Below are positions 22,000 to 34,600 of a DNA stretch of 64,000 nt, piece by piece; the first letter of the stretch is position 1; each line of letters starts with the position of its first letter. The translations under genes were made by a program, and so were the position numbers. The stretch spans positions 742,881-806,880 of the forward strand of contig JAUPSS010000010.1 in NCBI GenBank assembly GCA_040285825.1, in the 5' to 3' direction. The notes beneath the pieces were generated by a model, which saw only the letters and a list, made by a program, of their open reading frames with translations, was not told the DNA's origin and made no database searches. Origin of the DNA: Eukaryota sp. TZLM1-RC. Taxonomy: Eukaryota > Protista > Metamonada: BaSk clade.

Positions 22000-24927
22000 C
22001 ATAAACGAAATTCAAAAAAGTGTGAAAATTACTAAAATCCATCTACTTCTTATTCTGTAACTGCCGCTGCTGCTGAATTAAATAATTTAGAATTTAATTT
22101 ACCTCCCAAAGATGAGTGCACTGCAGAAGACAATGATGCAGTGATGCAGATATTTGTCGTGAAGCAAGTCAAATTGATAATTGTGCTATTTGTTATGAAA
22201 AAGCGGAAAGATATCTTTTAAAAAATAATTGATATGTATGCCATGTTTGCTCCTCGCTGGATACACTACGGCCTCCATGTAAGATTCCGAATGTTCTCAG
22301 TTCCAAGGCTTCCATTGTTCTTTTCTGTTGCGTTTAGCATATTCAGTCTTGCTTAGAAAAAAGGAGAATGGGATGTTTTTTCTATTTGGAAATTTTTCCT
22401 TGAACAAAAATCAGGTTCTCGTCTCCAAAAGGTTTTCACTCCAAAGAAACAACCCAAGAATAAGACCCTACGAAAACTTTTGTTACGTGGGAGATATGGT
22501 TCTGGGAAAAATGCTCTTTTCTCTTCTGATCTTGCTCCTCTGACTGATGAAACTGTGAATCAATTAGTTGATCGATCTGCATCCAACTGAATTTCTTAAT
22601 TTGTATAAACCATCTGCTTCACAATTTTGGAAACAAAATCCACTTTCTGAAAAAGAAGTTGAAACTGTAATTTTTCGTCTTCCATCGGGAATGACTTTTG
22701 ATATGTTGAAATCTATGTGCCGCCAAAACTCATTTATTATTAAAGATTTATGTTCCTTTTTTCATGATGTTTTGACGATGAAAATTGTTCCACCCAAAAA
22801 ATTAAGTGCATCACAGATAGTGGCTTAAACTAAACCTAATAAAAAAGTTTGCCCAATTGCTATTGGTGAAGCCATTTATCGACTGATGTCTTCAGTAATT
22901 TTTCACCGAGTTTCAACAAAAGCTAAAGAATACTTTTCTCCATTCCAATATGGAATCAACACCATAGATGGAGATTCAGTTGCGGCTTTGACATCTGATC
23001 TATTTTTCAATTGTCACCAAAATAGTTGCACTTTTAATCTTGATTTCAAAAATGCTTTCAATTCAGTGAAAAGAGATTCAATTTGAAAAGAAATCAGATC
23101 AAATTTTTCTGAACTCGAAACTTTTTTTATAGGTTTTATGGTAATTCATCTGATTTACTTTTTATTTCCATTAATCTTGATTCGTTATCAGGAGTTTAAC
23201 AAGGAGACCCTTTAGGGCTTTTCTGTTTTTGTCTTGCGATTTACAAATTTTTGAGAAAATTAAAAGAAGAAAATTCTGATCTTCAAGTGGTAGCCTATAT
23301 GGATGACATTTCTTGTATTGGACCAAAAAAACAATTAATAGAGTTGCTAATGAAGCTGCTACATTATACCAATCCATAGGTCTTGAGTTGAATGTTCAAA
23401 AATGTTTTTGTATTTCTAGGAAAAATCTTAAGTCAATAATCAATTCCCTTGAAGTTCCATATATTGATTATACCTCAACTAGTTTCTGCTTCCTTGGTTG
23501 CTATTTAGGTTCCGCCGAAAAGACCCTTGAATTTGAAAAACATTTTAAGTGATTTTCTTTTGAAAATTTGTTATGCTGGAAAAATAACTCATTTACTGAG
23601 ATCATTACCTCCATCCCAAACTCACAATTTTTGTAGACAATTTAACAAAATACGTACAGAATTTTTGGCTTATTTAATGTTTCTTGATCCATCAATTTTG
23701 AAAAATCATATATTTCTGATGTTCAACTTGGCGGTGTTGGATTCAATTCATCAAAATATTTGACCAAAGCTGCATTTATTGGTGGTGGAAAAAAATTTGT
23801 ATTTGAATTCTCTAGAAGATATCCGAAAATCTTCTTGAAACTACAAATAGCCTACTCCTCGATAACTTAAGAGAAGAAAAATCCAGTTTATCTCCTGACT
23901 TATGGCAATCATGTTTCCCCATATCCATTCAAGAAAATCCAGACAGAAGTTTGTATTAATTAAGATTTGCGTTGAAAAAGCTCCAACGACATCTCTTGAA
24001 AAAATTTGAAAGCAAGGATTCTATTGTTCGACTTAGCACGGCTAAGAAAGAAAATCCTGCTTTTGCAAATTTGTTGATTGATTCGAAGGACAGTTCATCT
24101 GCAGTTTTGATGAATCAAATTTTTTAGATTTATGGCCTACTTTTGAATGACGACCAATGGACCACTACTATGAGAATGCGTTGTTATTAATGGCCTTGTT
24201 ATTTGCCCAATGATTTGTTTTGCAGATGTGGAGCTGGTTTGACATTATCACATTTATTTAATTGCAATAGATTTATTTTCTATCGTTCTACGTTGCATGA
24301 TGCAGTCAGAAATCAAATCCATGCAATGTGTAATTCCTATCATATTGAATCTTTTGTAGAACCTTTGCTGAGGTCTCTTGATATAAATGAAAGCGTAAGA
24401 GATTCAGAATATGGAAAACGACGTGCTGATGTTGTTGTGCCCTCGTTTGATGATGTCATGAATGTTGCTGATGTCGTAACAGTGGATGTTTGCAAGAAAA
24501 ATGCTTTGAAAAATGCTCAATCCGAAGTATGCCCCTTTGATGATTCCGAATTGTACAAACGGAAAAAATATGCAAATCTTTTAAAAGAATTGAAACATGT
24601 TCGCCATGTAGATTACCAAATTTGTCCATTTGCTATATCGTTGTATGGTCGTCTTGGTAATACTGCTATCAGTTTTATTGATGATTTTGAAAATCTTGTG
24701 AAAAGAAGAATGAATTAGCGTTTTGATCGTCGCTTGTGGCTAAATCGTATTGTTTTTACTATTTTCAAATCAATTCCTGAAATGATTTCGAAAGCTTTGA
24801 TGTCTGTCAGTGCACATTACGAAGAAATTGCTGTTGTGAGGTTTGATGGTGTGGAAGCTTGTTTTGAAGATATTGACTTTTAGACTGTAGTTTAATAATA
24901 AATTAAAATTTTAATAAAATAAAAATA
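22000..24927 (+). mobile_element. Inactivated CRE-like non-LTR retrotransposon, second subfamily, head-to-head with the 18620-21700 copy
   Basis: PIAIGE, PFQYGI, NLDFKNAFNSV, QGDPLG, YMDD, CRCG..SHLFNC..HDAVR, RRADVV..DV, K.KKY and PFAIS. Ends FEDIDF-stop followed by an A-rich tail (24890-24927). Confidence 0.9.
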
Positions 24928-25949
24928 AGGCAATTGGTGAATCTTTGTCTCGTATTCTTGCTTCAGCAGTTTTTGGCAGGATTGGTAAAAACGCTAAAGA
25001 TTTTTTTGGTCCTTTCCAATTTGAAATTAAAACAGTTGATGGTGCATCATGTGCAGCACTCTCTTCTGATGTCTTTTTTAATTCAAATACTTCGAATTAT
25101 ATTTTTAATTTAGATTTTGAAAACGCTTTTAATGCAGTGAAGAGGTCTTCCATCTTGCCCTTGCTTCAAACTCATTTTTCAGAAGCTGAGTCGTTCTTTT
25201 ATAATTTTTATGGCTCACAGTCGACTCTTGTTTATGAGGAATTCAATCTAATATCATCATCTGGTGTCAAACAAGGTGATCCATAAGGTCCTTTCTTTTT
25301 CTGCCTTGCTATCCATCCTTTAATGTGTGAATTAAAACAAGAATTTCCAGATGTTGATATAACTGCTTATATGGATGACATATCAATAATTGGTCCAATT
25401 GATTCATTGAGAACAATTGCTGGAATTGTTCAACAGCGCTATTATCAAATTGCTCTTTCTCTAAATATTTCCAAATGTTTATTGATTGGTAGAGAGCCTG
25501 CTGATCTCATTATTGATGATCAAAGTGTTCCTTTTATCAATTATTTTGAATCAGGATTTCGTTTTTTAGGTTGTTATGTAGGCAATTTTGATGAAATTCG
25601 AAATCAACTTTCCTCTCTTTTGGATAATTTTGAAGAAGAATTGATGGTTCTTTCAGATATAAATATTGAAAAACATCTTTAATTTTTCTTCCTCAGAATT
25701 TGTTATGCAGGGAAATTTACTCATATTTTACGATCAACATCACCATCTATTTCTCTCGAATTTTGCAGAATTTTTAATGAATTAAGAACAAATTCTTTGG
25801 CTAATTTGCTCGATATTGATTCTTCTTTTTTACGTAGTAATTTTTTTTGTAGCATAGAATTGGGAGGCCTGGATTTTCACAAATTAAAATATTTGTGTAA
25901 AGCCGCATTCATTGGTGCAGGAAAAAATTTCGTTTTTGAATTTTTGAAG
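24928..25949 (+). mobile_element. CRE-like RT fragment, third copy, truncated by the gypsy insertion
   Basis: AIGESLSRI, NLDFENAFN, GVKQGDP, YMDD, RFLG, GGL and GKNFVFEF motifs with in-frame stops. Confidence 0.85.
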
Positions 25950-27660
25950 TGTTGCCTAAAGTCTATTGTAGTAAAGAAAAGTCTGATTTATTTTCTATTC
26001 ATATTATATAAGCCTTAGGGCGCCAACACTGCTTCTTCCCTTTTTCAAAATAAATCAGCCTATATGAATATGAAATAAAAACTATATACAAATAACGAAA
26101 TAACTATAATAAATACATATAATCGATATAATATAAATAATCGATATAAACTAAGAATTAGCTCCTCTTCTTAATTCTACTACTACGTCTAGGCTTCTTA
26201 AGAGGCGTAGACTCATTGGAGGTACCTTGTCGTCGACTAGTGGTACGTTTTCCCATTTTCTTGTTATCCTTACTAAATAACTTATAAGCTTCTGAGTGTT
26301 TAACTGAATGGAGTGGCTCTTCCGTTGTCTCACCGCCAAACCACTGCACAGTACAGAAACTACCTGAATCAGAGTGGTATTCTGAGAGGATTTTCTCTAT
26401 AACGTGTTTTTCGGAATCGCCTGCAGCGACTGCCCTGAGGAACTCAATTTCCTGTGGATTTTCTGCGTTATAGATTTTGCAATCTTTCTTGGCAGCTTTT
26501 AATTCTGTGCCAGTAGTAAGATTCTTCAATAATAAAGTGGAATTGGAAGGAAGGTCAATAACTAAAAGTGGTCCATTCCAAGATCCATGCAATTTATTAT
26601 TTTGCTTGGTTGTACGTAAGACGTAGTCACCAATATTAAATGCTAAAAAACACGAATTAGTATTATCTACTGAAGACGGAGTATTTAATGTTTGGGATCC
26701 TACCAATGAACGAACTTCTTTCACTGTTTTTGGTCTAGGGATTCTCATCAAGGCTTCGATTTTTTTCTTACTTATAAATCTAGTTTTATCCTGGAAGGTA
26801 CTTCCTAAAATGTCGATAGGGTGTTTTGATGTTACGAATATACATTTACGTAAGCCTATATTTACACGTCTATTTCTGGTGCATTGGAGGACTCTTTGTA
26901 ATCTCTTACAAAATTCTTCGAATGTCGTTCCAACTATTATGATATCGTCAATGTATATGAAAACGCCGTCTATTTGGAAAATTTCCATCATTACGTTTTG
27001 AAAAACTGCTGGGATGTTCTTTAATCCGAAGCAAGCTCTTAAAAATGATTGACCTTCCAGGAATTGAGATTGATGTTTTCTCAATATCCTTCTCAGCTAC
27101 ATTCATCTGCCAGAAAGCTTTTAGTAAATCAAGCGTGGCGATGTAATCTGCTCTACTCAAAAATTCTAATATATCACTAATCCTAGGTAGATTAGGCTCT
27201 ACTGAAATCGTATGGGCATTAACTCCATCTTTACCGCTAAAGTCTCCAGTTAACCTGGGTTTCTTGCCGTCAGGATATATAACTAAGACAATAGGAGAGC
27301 TGAATTTATAATTAGATTCAACTGCATAACCCATTTCGATCAGTTCATCAAATATTTTGTTTGCTATTTCCATTTTGCTGGGATTTAACCGTCTAGCAAT
27401 CTTCTGTTCTATAGCATTCTCATCTCTAAAGGGGATTGTTAGAGGATTACAATAGATTCCTTTTCTATTAGGAATATCACTAAAAACATCGCTGAATAAT
27501 TTTAGTAGACTGGTTAATTTTAATTTATTATTACTATCATCTAAATTTATCTCACATCCAGATCTTGCTAATTGCTCCTCAAAATCAGAAGGACTTGGTG
27601 ATTGGTTATCTAAGTTCCCAATCGAATGTTGAGCGATCCTAGAGTCGAATTCTGATTTAC
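25950..27660 (-). mobile_element. Ty3/gypsy (chromovirus-like) retrotransposon remnant: RT, deleted RNaseH/integrase core, chromodomain, PPT and 79-bp 3' LTR
   Basis: SPIVLV..RLTGDF, LDLLKAFWQ, FGLKNIPAVFQ and YIDD; FNIGDYVL..WNGP (GPY/F); VIEKIL..VQW..TEEP chromodomain; PPT gaaaaagggaagaagcag; LTR TGTTG...CAACA at 25950-26028. Confidence 0.9.
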
Positions 27661-27789
27661 ACTTTTTTTACACCTTTTAATTGAAAATTGTTACCCTTTT
27701 TCACCAAGATTTCCTCGACTCTTCGCTCTTGATTTATAGATTTTATGTTTACTTAAATACTACTACTTTATTTTTAAACACTCACATGT

Positions 27790-28300
27790 CTTAACCACTA
27801 CATTGTATTCGGGCTTTTTGACCATAATGATTACATCTGCTACATTTGTTCTTCGTTTTAGCTTCAACAGTTTCATCAGTACCCACGCCGCACTTTCTAC
27901 CAGCCCCATACTTTACACCACGTGGAGTTGTGGGTCTGCCTTGTTGAGGATTACGTACTGGTGGTAAACATACTTCCTTTTGCTGAAGTTCATGTTTCAA
28001 GCTCGTCACTAAACCTAGCCAGCATCAAATCGGTGGTGAGAAAAGGCCTTGATGCCTTGATACATTGACATCAAAGCATCATGTTCTATCAGAAAACGTA
28101 AAAGAGATGCGTGTTTTGTGGCTGTTCCTTACTTTGATCACATCTCCATCAACAAATAAAGAATTATTGGTACACAACTGCTTCAAAAGATTCACTGCAG
28201 GTTTATGTTGTGTTGAATTTCAGTTGTTCAGGAGTATTTTTTGTAAGACTATGCAAGGAAACTATCATCAAGTTAAAAATGGGAGTTTTCGGACTTTATT
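27790..28300 (-). mobile_element. Mutator/MULE transposase C-terminal remnant
   Basis: LPP..GRP..R...KCSRCNHYG..R.QC is the typical MULE C-terminal PP/GRP plus Zn knuckle. Upstream VNLLKQLCT resembles the start of a SWIM finger. Confidence 0.5.
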
Positions 28301-28379
28301 ATTTGAAGAATGGGGAAAAGGTGAAAATGGTATTAAATTCTCAAAATGAATATAGATTAGTCCAGAGAGAAACTAAAAA

Positions 28380-30480
28380 GCAAACTTAAAATTCTAAATT
28401 TTCATATCCCAAATTAGCCAAAAAGCAGTGATTCACTTAATTTATTGAACTTGCACACTTAACAAAATAAACTCATAACTAATGGGACGAAATTCATTGA
28501 ATCAAGATTTCCTCTACAAAATCTTGATCTGCTTGCGGTCTAGCTAGCTTTTCTTATTCGATTGAAAAACTGAGGTAATCTATTAATCATGGCAAATTGA
28601 ATTCGAAGATGCGATAAACAGATATCAAATCTTTTCATTGTATATTCTGGAACCATTGTTTGAAAATCATTTTAATACACTACTGCTTCTAGAGATAGTC
28701 TTCCGTTTATACAAAATTGGAAATCAATAAAAACAAGAGGTCTATTTCTATCAGCATTAGCTTTTTCGATATCTTTGTCATATTTTCTATGTTTCTCTTT
28801 TGCTTTAAATTCAAGAGCACTTACAGGATGAAATTTTCTTTTTTGAACCAAAGTATCGTTTGCAACATTACATGAGACAAAGTCAACAATAGCTTCAGAA
28901 TTATCAATCCAATCACAGTATACATCACCTCTATCATCAGAACCAAAATTATTCAATGAAAGTGTTTCCGTCAACAGAGGCTCTTTGATACACGACAATT
29001 TGCAGTTCGTGCGTTATTAAAAACATTGCCTCTAACAGCATCATGTAATGAAGGACGATAAGTTATCAATTTCGAACAATTCAGAGCATGACGCAAAGTG
29101 AGCTGAGGTGAATTCGAACAAACACATTTTTCTTTTGATAATGATAATTTAATGGGAATATTCAAATATAATCTCATTTTTGTTACAAATGCCTCTTTAT
29201 TTGTTTTCCATAACTTTATTTATTTTGGAACGCAAACAAAAAACTAGACCTCCATATCCTCAATACAGGCATCAAGATCATAAAATTTCTAAAGCGCGCT
29301 ATTTTCATACACTATTCTTAATTGTAACAGTGCTTTGGTTATCATTTCGGGAATTGCTTTATGTATGCTGAAAAATTTCATTTGTGCCAAAAGTTCAACT
29401 CTTTTTCTACTCTTTCCTTTATTAAACATATCGTATTTATTGAATTTGCACACTTGATTAAATTAAATCATAACTAATGGGACGACTATCATTAAACCAA
29501 GATTTCCTCTACAAAATCTTGATTTTTAAACATCTGAAACCTTCAAGAAATTTAATACCATAAGTTTCAATGTTACCAAAAAGAGAAACAGCAAATGAAA
29601 CCAGCTTAAACTTCACATGCTCAACACGCCCAAATAGAGATAAGGGCTCATTGTACTTTTTGATTTTGCTCTTTTCAGCAAAGCAAAGTGGAGTTTCGTC
29701 TATTTAGTAAAATCAATTGCTGATTCCTTACAAACATCAACAGTGACAACATCAACCACATTGATCACACCATCAGACCCAGGAGTAATTAAATCAGCAC
29801 TGCGTTTCCCGAAAGTATTATCATCTTCATTTTCAGGTGACAATTTATGCACCAGTTGATCAACAAAAGCGTCAATATGGTGGTTTTTGCACATAGCCTA
29901 CAGTTGGTCGCTAACAGTATTATAAAGAACTGAGCGCTATGTAATATTAAATTTGCAATTGAATAGATGATTCAGATTGATAAGCTGACCACAACGACAA
30001 ATCAAATCATTTGGCACACTACATGGCCACAGAAAACACCTCATCCTGAAGGCAGTTGTCTATTGATGGTCATTTAACAATAGACCGTAAACATTTGGAA
30101 TTTGGAAAATGAGACAACATGAGCTACTTTCCTCAAGATCAATTCAATAGTTAGCAAAAACGGGATTTTCTCCTTAGCCAAGCTAAGACGTACAGTAACA
30201 TTCAAAATGTGAAAAAACTTTAGTATTTAAGGTTTTTGCACATGGCAAACAGTTGGTCTCTAACAGCATCATGAAGAACTGAGCGATCTGTAATATTAAA
30301 TTTGCATCATTATTATTGGCACACAGTCCAAAACTTCGTAGCACAGTGGTCACAAACAGTGACCAATCTGATGAGTGATTTTCACAACACCTTTTTCCCA
30401 TAACAATGAGTGGAGATCTTGATTTAAAACAGCAGAGCTGTATATACTTTTACAAAGATCATTTTCATACATTTAAGTTG
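28380..30480 (-). mobile_element. Mosaic of CRE-like 3' fragments (RLE domains and 3' ends of at least two subfamilies)
   Basis: 28672-29177 (KEPL, RGDVYCDW, KHRKYD); 29435-29525 3'-end motif; 29525-30200 (RSADLI..DVVTVD), nearly identical to 53650-54310. Confidence 0.8.
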
Positions 30481-30835
30481 TTCCTAAAATAATTGAAGAG
30501 TATTTTAAATTGAAATAATGCGGCAGTCATTGGACATCAAAAGAAAATGTAAAAATAACAAATTGTTGAGAATAGAAAGGTAATATTTATCAATCGAGGA
30601 CACTAAATTCGGGAAACCCAACAAAAGATCTCTAATCACCTCAAAGTGACTTCTAGAATTGGCAATTGAGCAAGTAATTAAAACAATTCTGAGTCTTATA
30701 GCTTATTTCTGTTTATTCTATTTCTATCTAAAACTTTTCAAAAAAAATCAAAAAATGTTTGTACAAACCAATTTTTATAAATTATGAAAAACAACAATGA
30801 AAACTTTTCACTCATAAATACAAGAACATTTACAA

Positions 30836-32131
30836 CTACACCCTCAAATACCCACCTGGAATCCGCACTGGAGCTCTATTTCGAAAGTAAAAATACCCAA
30901 CAATACATAAGGCTATTATTAAAAAAGCGGACCCAATTAATTCCAAATGAAAATTAAAGGGTTGAGAAAAACAACCATATAAATAAGAAGTTTCTTGTTC
31001 ATTATCCAAAGTTATTATGGACAGGACAAAATTTTCATCATGATCCCAATCAATCTTTTTGCTCAGAAAGTTGTGCAATTGATTTGAGATAAAGTACAAT
31101 TTACCGTTGTTAACATCTATAGAAGATGGCCACAATTCTGAATGAAAAAATGACTGTTGATGCTTTATGATATCTTTTCCATCATTATAAAGGTCAGTCT
31201 TCAAAAGTCTCGAGTGGTCAACATCAGTCAAATATAAATGATTGAAGCTTGAAACAAACAGATCATCACTAGAACATTTTTTGTTACCCAGACGTTTGAC
31301 TTTTTTTGAACTTAGGTCAAAACTGAAAAAATCTCGAGAAGTCAAGGGGCTAAAATAGAGGGTTTTAAACTGGCAATCCATCGCGATACCGTGAATACCG
31401 ACATTTAAAGGAAACTCTTCAAACACTTTCTGATTGTCGATTGTAATCCAAATATCTTGAGAGTCGGTAGATTGGTGGTCAGAAACCAAGACTTCAAATA
31501 CATCATCTTCGTACACGTATTTTATCAACCTTCCCTTTGCCTTTTCTTTGCCTGTTTTAGAAATTCCAGCATCAGTGAAGTAAACAATGAGGGACACAGG
31601 GTCTAAAACTAGGTCAGAAAGGAAGGTAGATGATGTCAGCAAAGAGTCTGGAAGTCTTGAGACCCGTCTAACAAGATGATTGATAGGGTCATAAACAACA
31701 ATTTTTGGACCTGAAATCCATTGACCAGACTCATTTTTTCTGCCTTGGTCAAGAATCCACATCCAGCCGTCATGAGGATTAATTTCAAAGCCAAGAACGG
31801 ACTGAAGATTGTCGGGAGAAGCTGTTGCGTTGTTAAACTCGGGACAGGGGAACGGTATGAAGAGCTCTGTGGACGGATTGAAGAGAGCGAACGTAGCAGG
31901 AGTATCGAACGATGTAAAACGAGGAAGCGAAACATAAATGTGATGGCCATATGTACGGATAGTATGGGGTATAACCTGTTGATAAGAGTGATCTTTTACA
32001 TATGAAGCATAATCTTCCTTATTTGTGAAGGTAAAGTTTATAAATTGAAAGTGGAATGAATCAACTGTTTCGTAAGTGTAAGCGAATGCAGCAAGTAGAG
32101 AGATTAAGGTCAACAAAGAAAGAGAGGACAT
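30836..32131 (-). CDS. Yellow / major royal jelly protein family beta-propeller with signal peptide and C-terminal TM anchor
   Basis: YVSLPR, LQSVLG, WILDQG, PKIVVYD, VYFTDAG, HGIAM..LYFSPLTSR and WPSS motifs. Probable start MSSLSLLTLISLLAAFAY at 32131. TM segment LIGSAFLIIALCIVGYFYF. Confidence 0.85.
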   Translation of the reverse strand: MSSLSLLTLISLLAAFAYTYETVDSFHFQFINFTFTNKEDYASYVKDHSYQQVIPHTIRTYGHHIYVSLPRFTSFDTPATFALFNPSTELFIPFPCPEFNNATASPDNLQSVLGFEINPHDGWMWILDQGRKNESGQWISGPKIVVYDPINHLVRRVSRLPDSLLTSSTFLSDLVLDPVSLIVYFTDAGISKTGKEKAKGRLIKYVYEDDVFEVLVSDHQSTDSQDIWITIDNQKVFEEFPLNVGIHGIAMDCQFKTLYFSPLTSRDFFSFDLSSKKVKRLGNKKCSSDDLFVSSFNHLYLTDVDHSRLLKTDLYNDGKDIIKHQQSFFHSELWPSSIDVNNGKLYFISNQLHNFLSKKIDWDHDENFVLSIITLDNEQETSYLYGCFSQPFNFHLELIGSAFLIIALCIVGYFYFRNRAPVRIPGGYLRV

Positions 32132-33156
32132 AAAATCTGTGGAGAATTGCGAAGAACTGAAGTTGACAAATGAATGGCAACTATACACATTTTGGCTTCT
32201 TCAATTGCAAACATATGAAGCCATCTCCACTGGTTTCTTAAGGCAACCTTTGTTTCCCGATTATTACTGGAGTTGCAAGTTCTAGAATTACGAGGCAATA
32301 TAGCATGACATGTAGTCACGTGCGTTTGTCCTAAAAATATTGGTTTGTGTGCCATAAGAAGTTTCACCACCATTTTCAGAACAAATATTTTATTTTGTAT
32401 ATTAAATGCGTTATATGCGATGAAATTAAAATTAAAAGTGAATTCTTTTTATTGTAAGGTGTTGTTTTATTCCATTTACTGTTTCGACCAATACTGCTTT
32501 GCTCCTGAGATAATAGTTGTACGTCTGGAAGATTAATGCATGATCAATCCTGCAAATTTTGGAGAAGCAGCACTTAACCCTTTATTTAATTTCGTTTTTC
32601 CTATTTAAAAACATCACCTTCTCCAGCTGATTTATGCTCTAAAACTAAAATAATACAAATTTCTGTTGACTAGACGAATAGTTGGATTGGTGATTCTGCT
32701 GAGATTCGACGAAATTTACATATTGGAGACACTGTGAAAAACAGCTTCAGCAAAAACTTACAGAAATTTTTGGAGGTGGATTAGTAAGTTCCATTTTACC
32801 CATTCGTACAGAATGTCCATTATGGTTTTGCTTCGTAGTTTGACAAAATGGTAAAATTTTATGGCAACTTTAATCTATTTTTATGGACATTTGCTTCTCC
32901 ATGTTGTAAATTGTAATCGTCACTACAGCTGTCATTCTAACTCCATTTATTTAATTGTAAATCAGGCAACTTTTAAGTCAACAGTTGCCGATGCTCTTTT
33001 CAGCAAAGCAAAGCCTTTCATCTTTATTGGCAAAATCATTTGCTGAATCCTTACAATCATCAACAGTGAACTCAATATCCTCAATACATATCCTCAATAG
33101 TTCTTTCCAAGTAATTAGATTCTAAGTAATATCTAATAGTAATTCTAAGAATCGAC

Positions 33157-33903
33157 ATGGAACCTCCACCATGTCTACCCTATTCTATCTACATTGCAGG
33201 AGGTGGTGGGAAGACTAGTCTCATGTACACTCTTGCACATTTCTATGCTCAACTAAACCTTCGTGTTGTGGTCACCACCACCACCAAACTGGCTCCCGAA
33301 GTGCCTTCCCATATTGTTCCTTCCACTATTGTTTCATCAGACACTAATTATATTCGATCCAAAATCTCGTCTGCCTCTTCACCTTCTCTGGTTGTATCCT
33401 CCACTGTAACCCACAACACCACCACCAGACTCGTTGGCTTTCCTCCTGCAGTTGTTCAATCATTCACTCAGTTCTGTGATGTTCTCATTGTAGAAGCTGA
33501 TGGATCTAGACAATTACCCTTGAAATGTCCAGCAGAACATGAACCTCAGATTGATGCCAACGCAAACACGGTTTACTATGTTGTAGGTGCTGATTGTTTA
33601 GGTGAGGTAGTGAATGATGTTGTCTTTAGGAGTGAATTAATTCCAAACATTACCCAATTTAATAATATTGTTACGCCTTGCTTGGTGGCTGATTTGATTA
33701 AGTCTGATAAAGGAGGACTCAAAATGGTACCTGATGATGCTGATTTCAATGTAGTTATTAATAAAAAAGAGTTAAAACCAGTAGAATGTAGAATTTTAGC
33801 TAAGTTGTTAGTAAAAACGCCAAGAATTGATAATGTTTTTTTGACTAGCCTTAAGGATTTAATTAATTGCTCAATGGAGAAAATTAATAAAAACGAATTG
33901 TAA
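33157..33903 (+). CDS. yqeC: YqeC-like selenium-dependent hydroxylase accessory protein (P-loop)
   Basis: GGGGKTSLMYTLA, VVVTTTTKL, VEADGSRQLPLKCPAEHEP, VVGADCLG..V.R.E, GGLK.VP and VVINK form the full ordered YqeC signature. Intact, intronless, 248 aa. Confidence 0.9.
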   Translation: MEPPPCLPYSIYIAGGGGKTSLMYTLAHFYAQLNLRVVVTTTTKLAPEVPSHIVPSTIVSSDTNYIRSKISSASSPSLVVSSTVTHNTTTRLVGFPPAVVQSFTQFCDVLIVEADGSRQLPLKCPAEHEPQIDANANTVYYVVGADCLGEVVNDVVFRSELIPNITQFNNIVTPCLVADLIKSDKGGLKMVPDDADFNVVINKKELKPVECRILAKLLVKTPRIDNVFLTSLKDLINCSMEKINKNEL

Positions 33904-34600
33904 AGTTAATTTTCTCTTATTTTGGGATACTTTGTTTCGTTTGTATATACAATGGTCACCTAATAAACATTTAGTGTCACATTTACCAGTGATTTTGATA
34001 TTGGATCATTTAATCAATGATATATCTCATTTTAAAAGGGCTGATATTCAAATGAAAATGAATAATAATGGCAGTGTTTTCATTAGTACGATAGTTGTAA
34101 TATTTTTACTTTGTGTCTAAACAAGCTAAACCCACCAGGAATAGAACGCTAAAGTAATACATTGTTGCAAATTGTTTAAAAGTAAGCAAAACTTGATGAA
34201 AAGCGTCTTATCGAGAGAGAAGTACTTTTAAGTTTTTATGGCTGGTGTGACATTTTAAAGGCGAATTTTGGTACATGCTTCAAGACAAAATGGATTATTA
34301 GTTGTACTTTTTACTCTAGTACCACCTGTAGTGGAATTTGTGATGGACCAATGCTGTATCGCAGTTTTAGAGAAAGAATGAGAATATGACACGTCAGCAT
34401 GTGATATACTGTGAAACCTACCAACTCTATTCAACAACAACATTTGACTAAGTAAAGGGGCTATTTCCTCCTCTTGATGAACTTGGAACATTTTTGAGCT
34501 ATATCCGATCAGCAAAGGACAGGAGGAATTTGGACATATCTTGAGATACTGTTGTGGATGAGGTTGATTGTTATGATTTCATCAAATTCAACAATCAACA

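Noticed and set aside
21700-22100. Self-cleaving ribozyme (HDV or hammerhead) in the retroelement 5' regions
   Set aside because: No CTGANGA...GAAA core with flanking stems and no HDV nested pseudoknot could be built by eye; needs an Infernal search.
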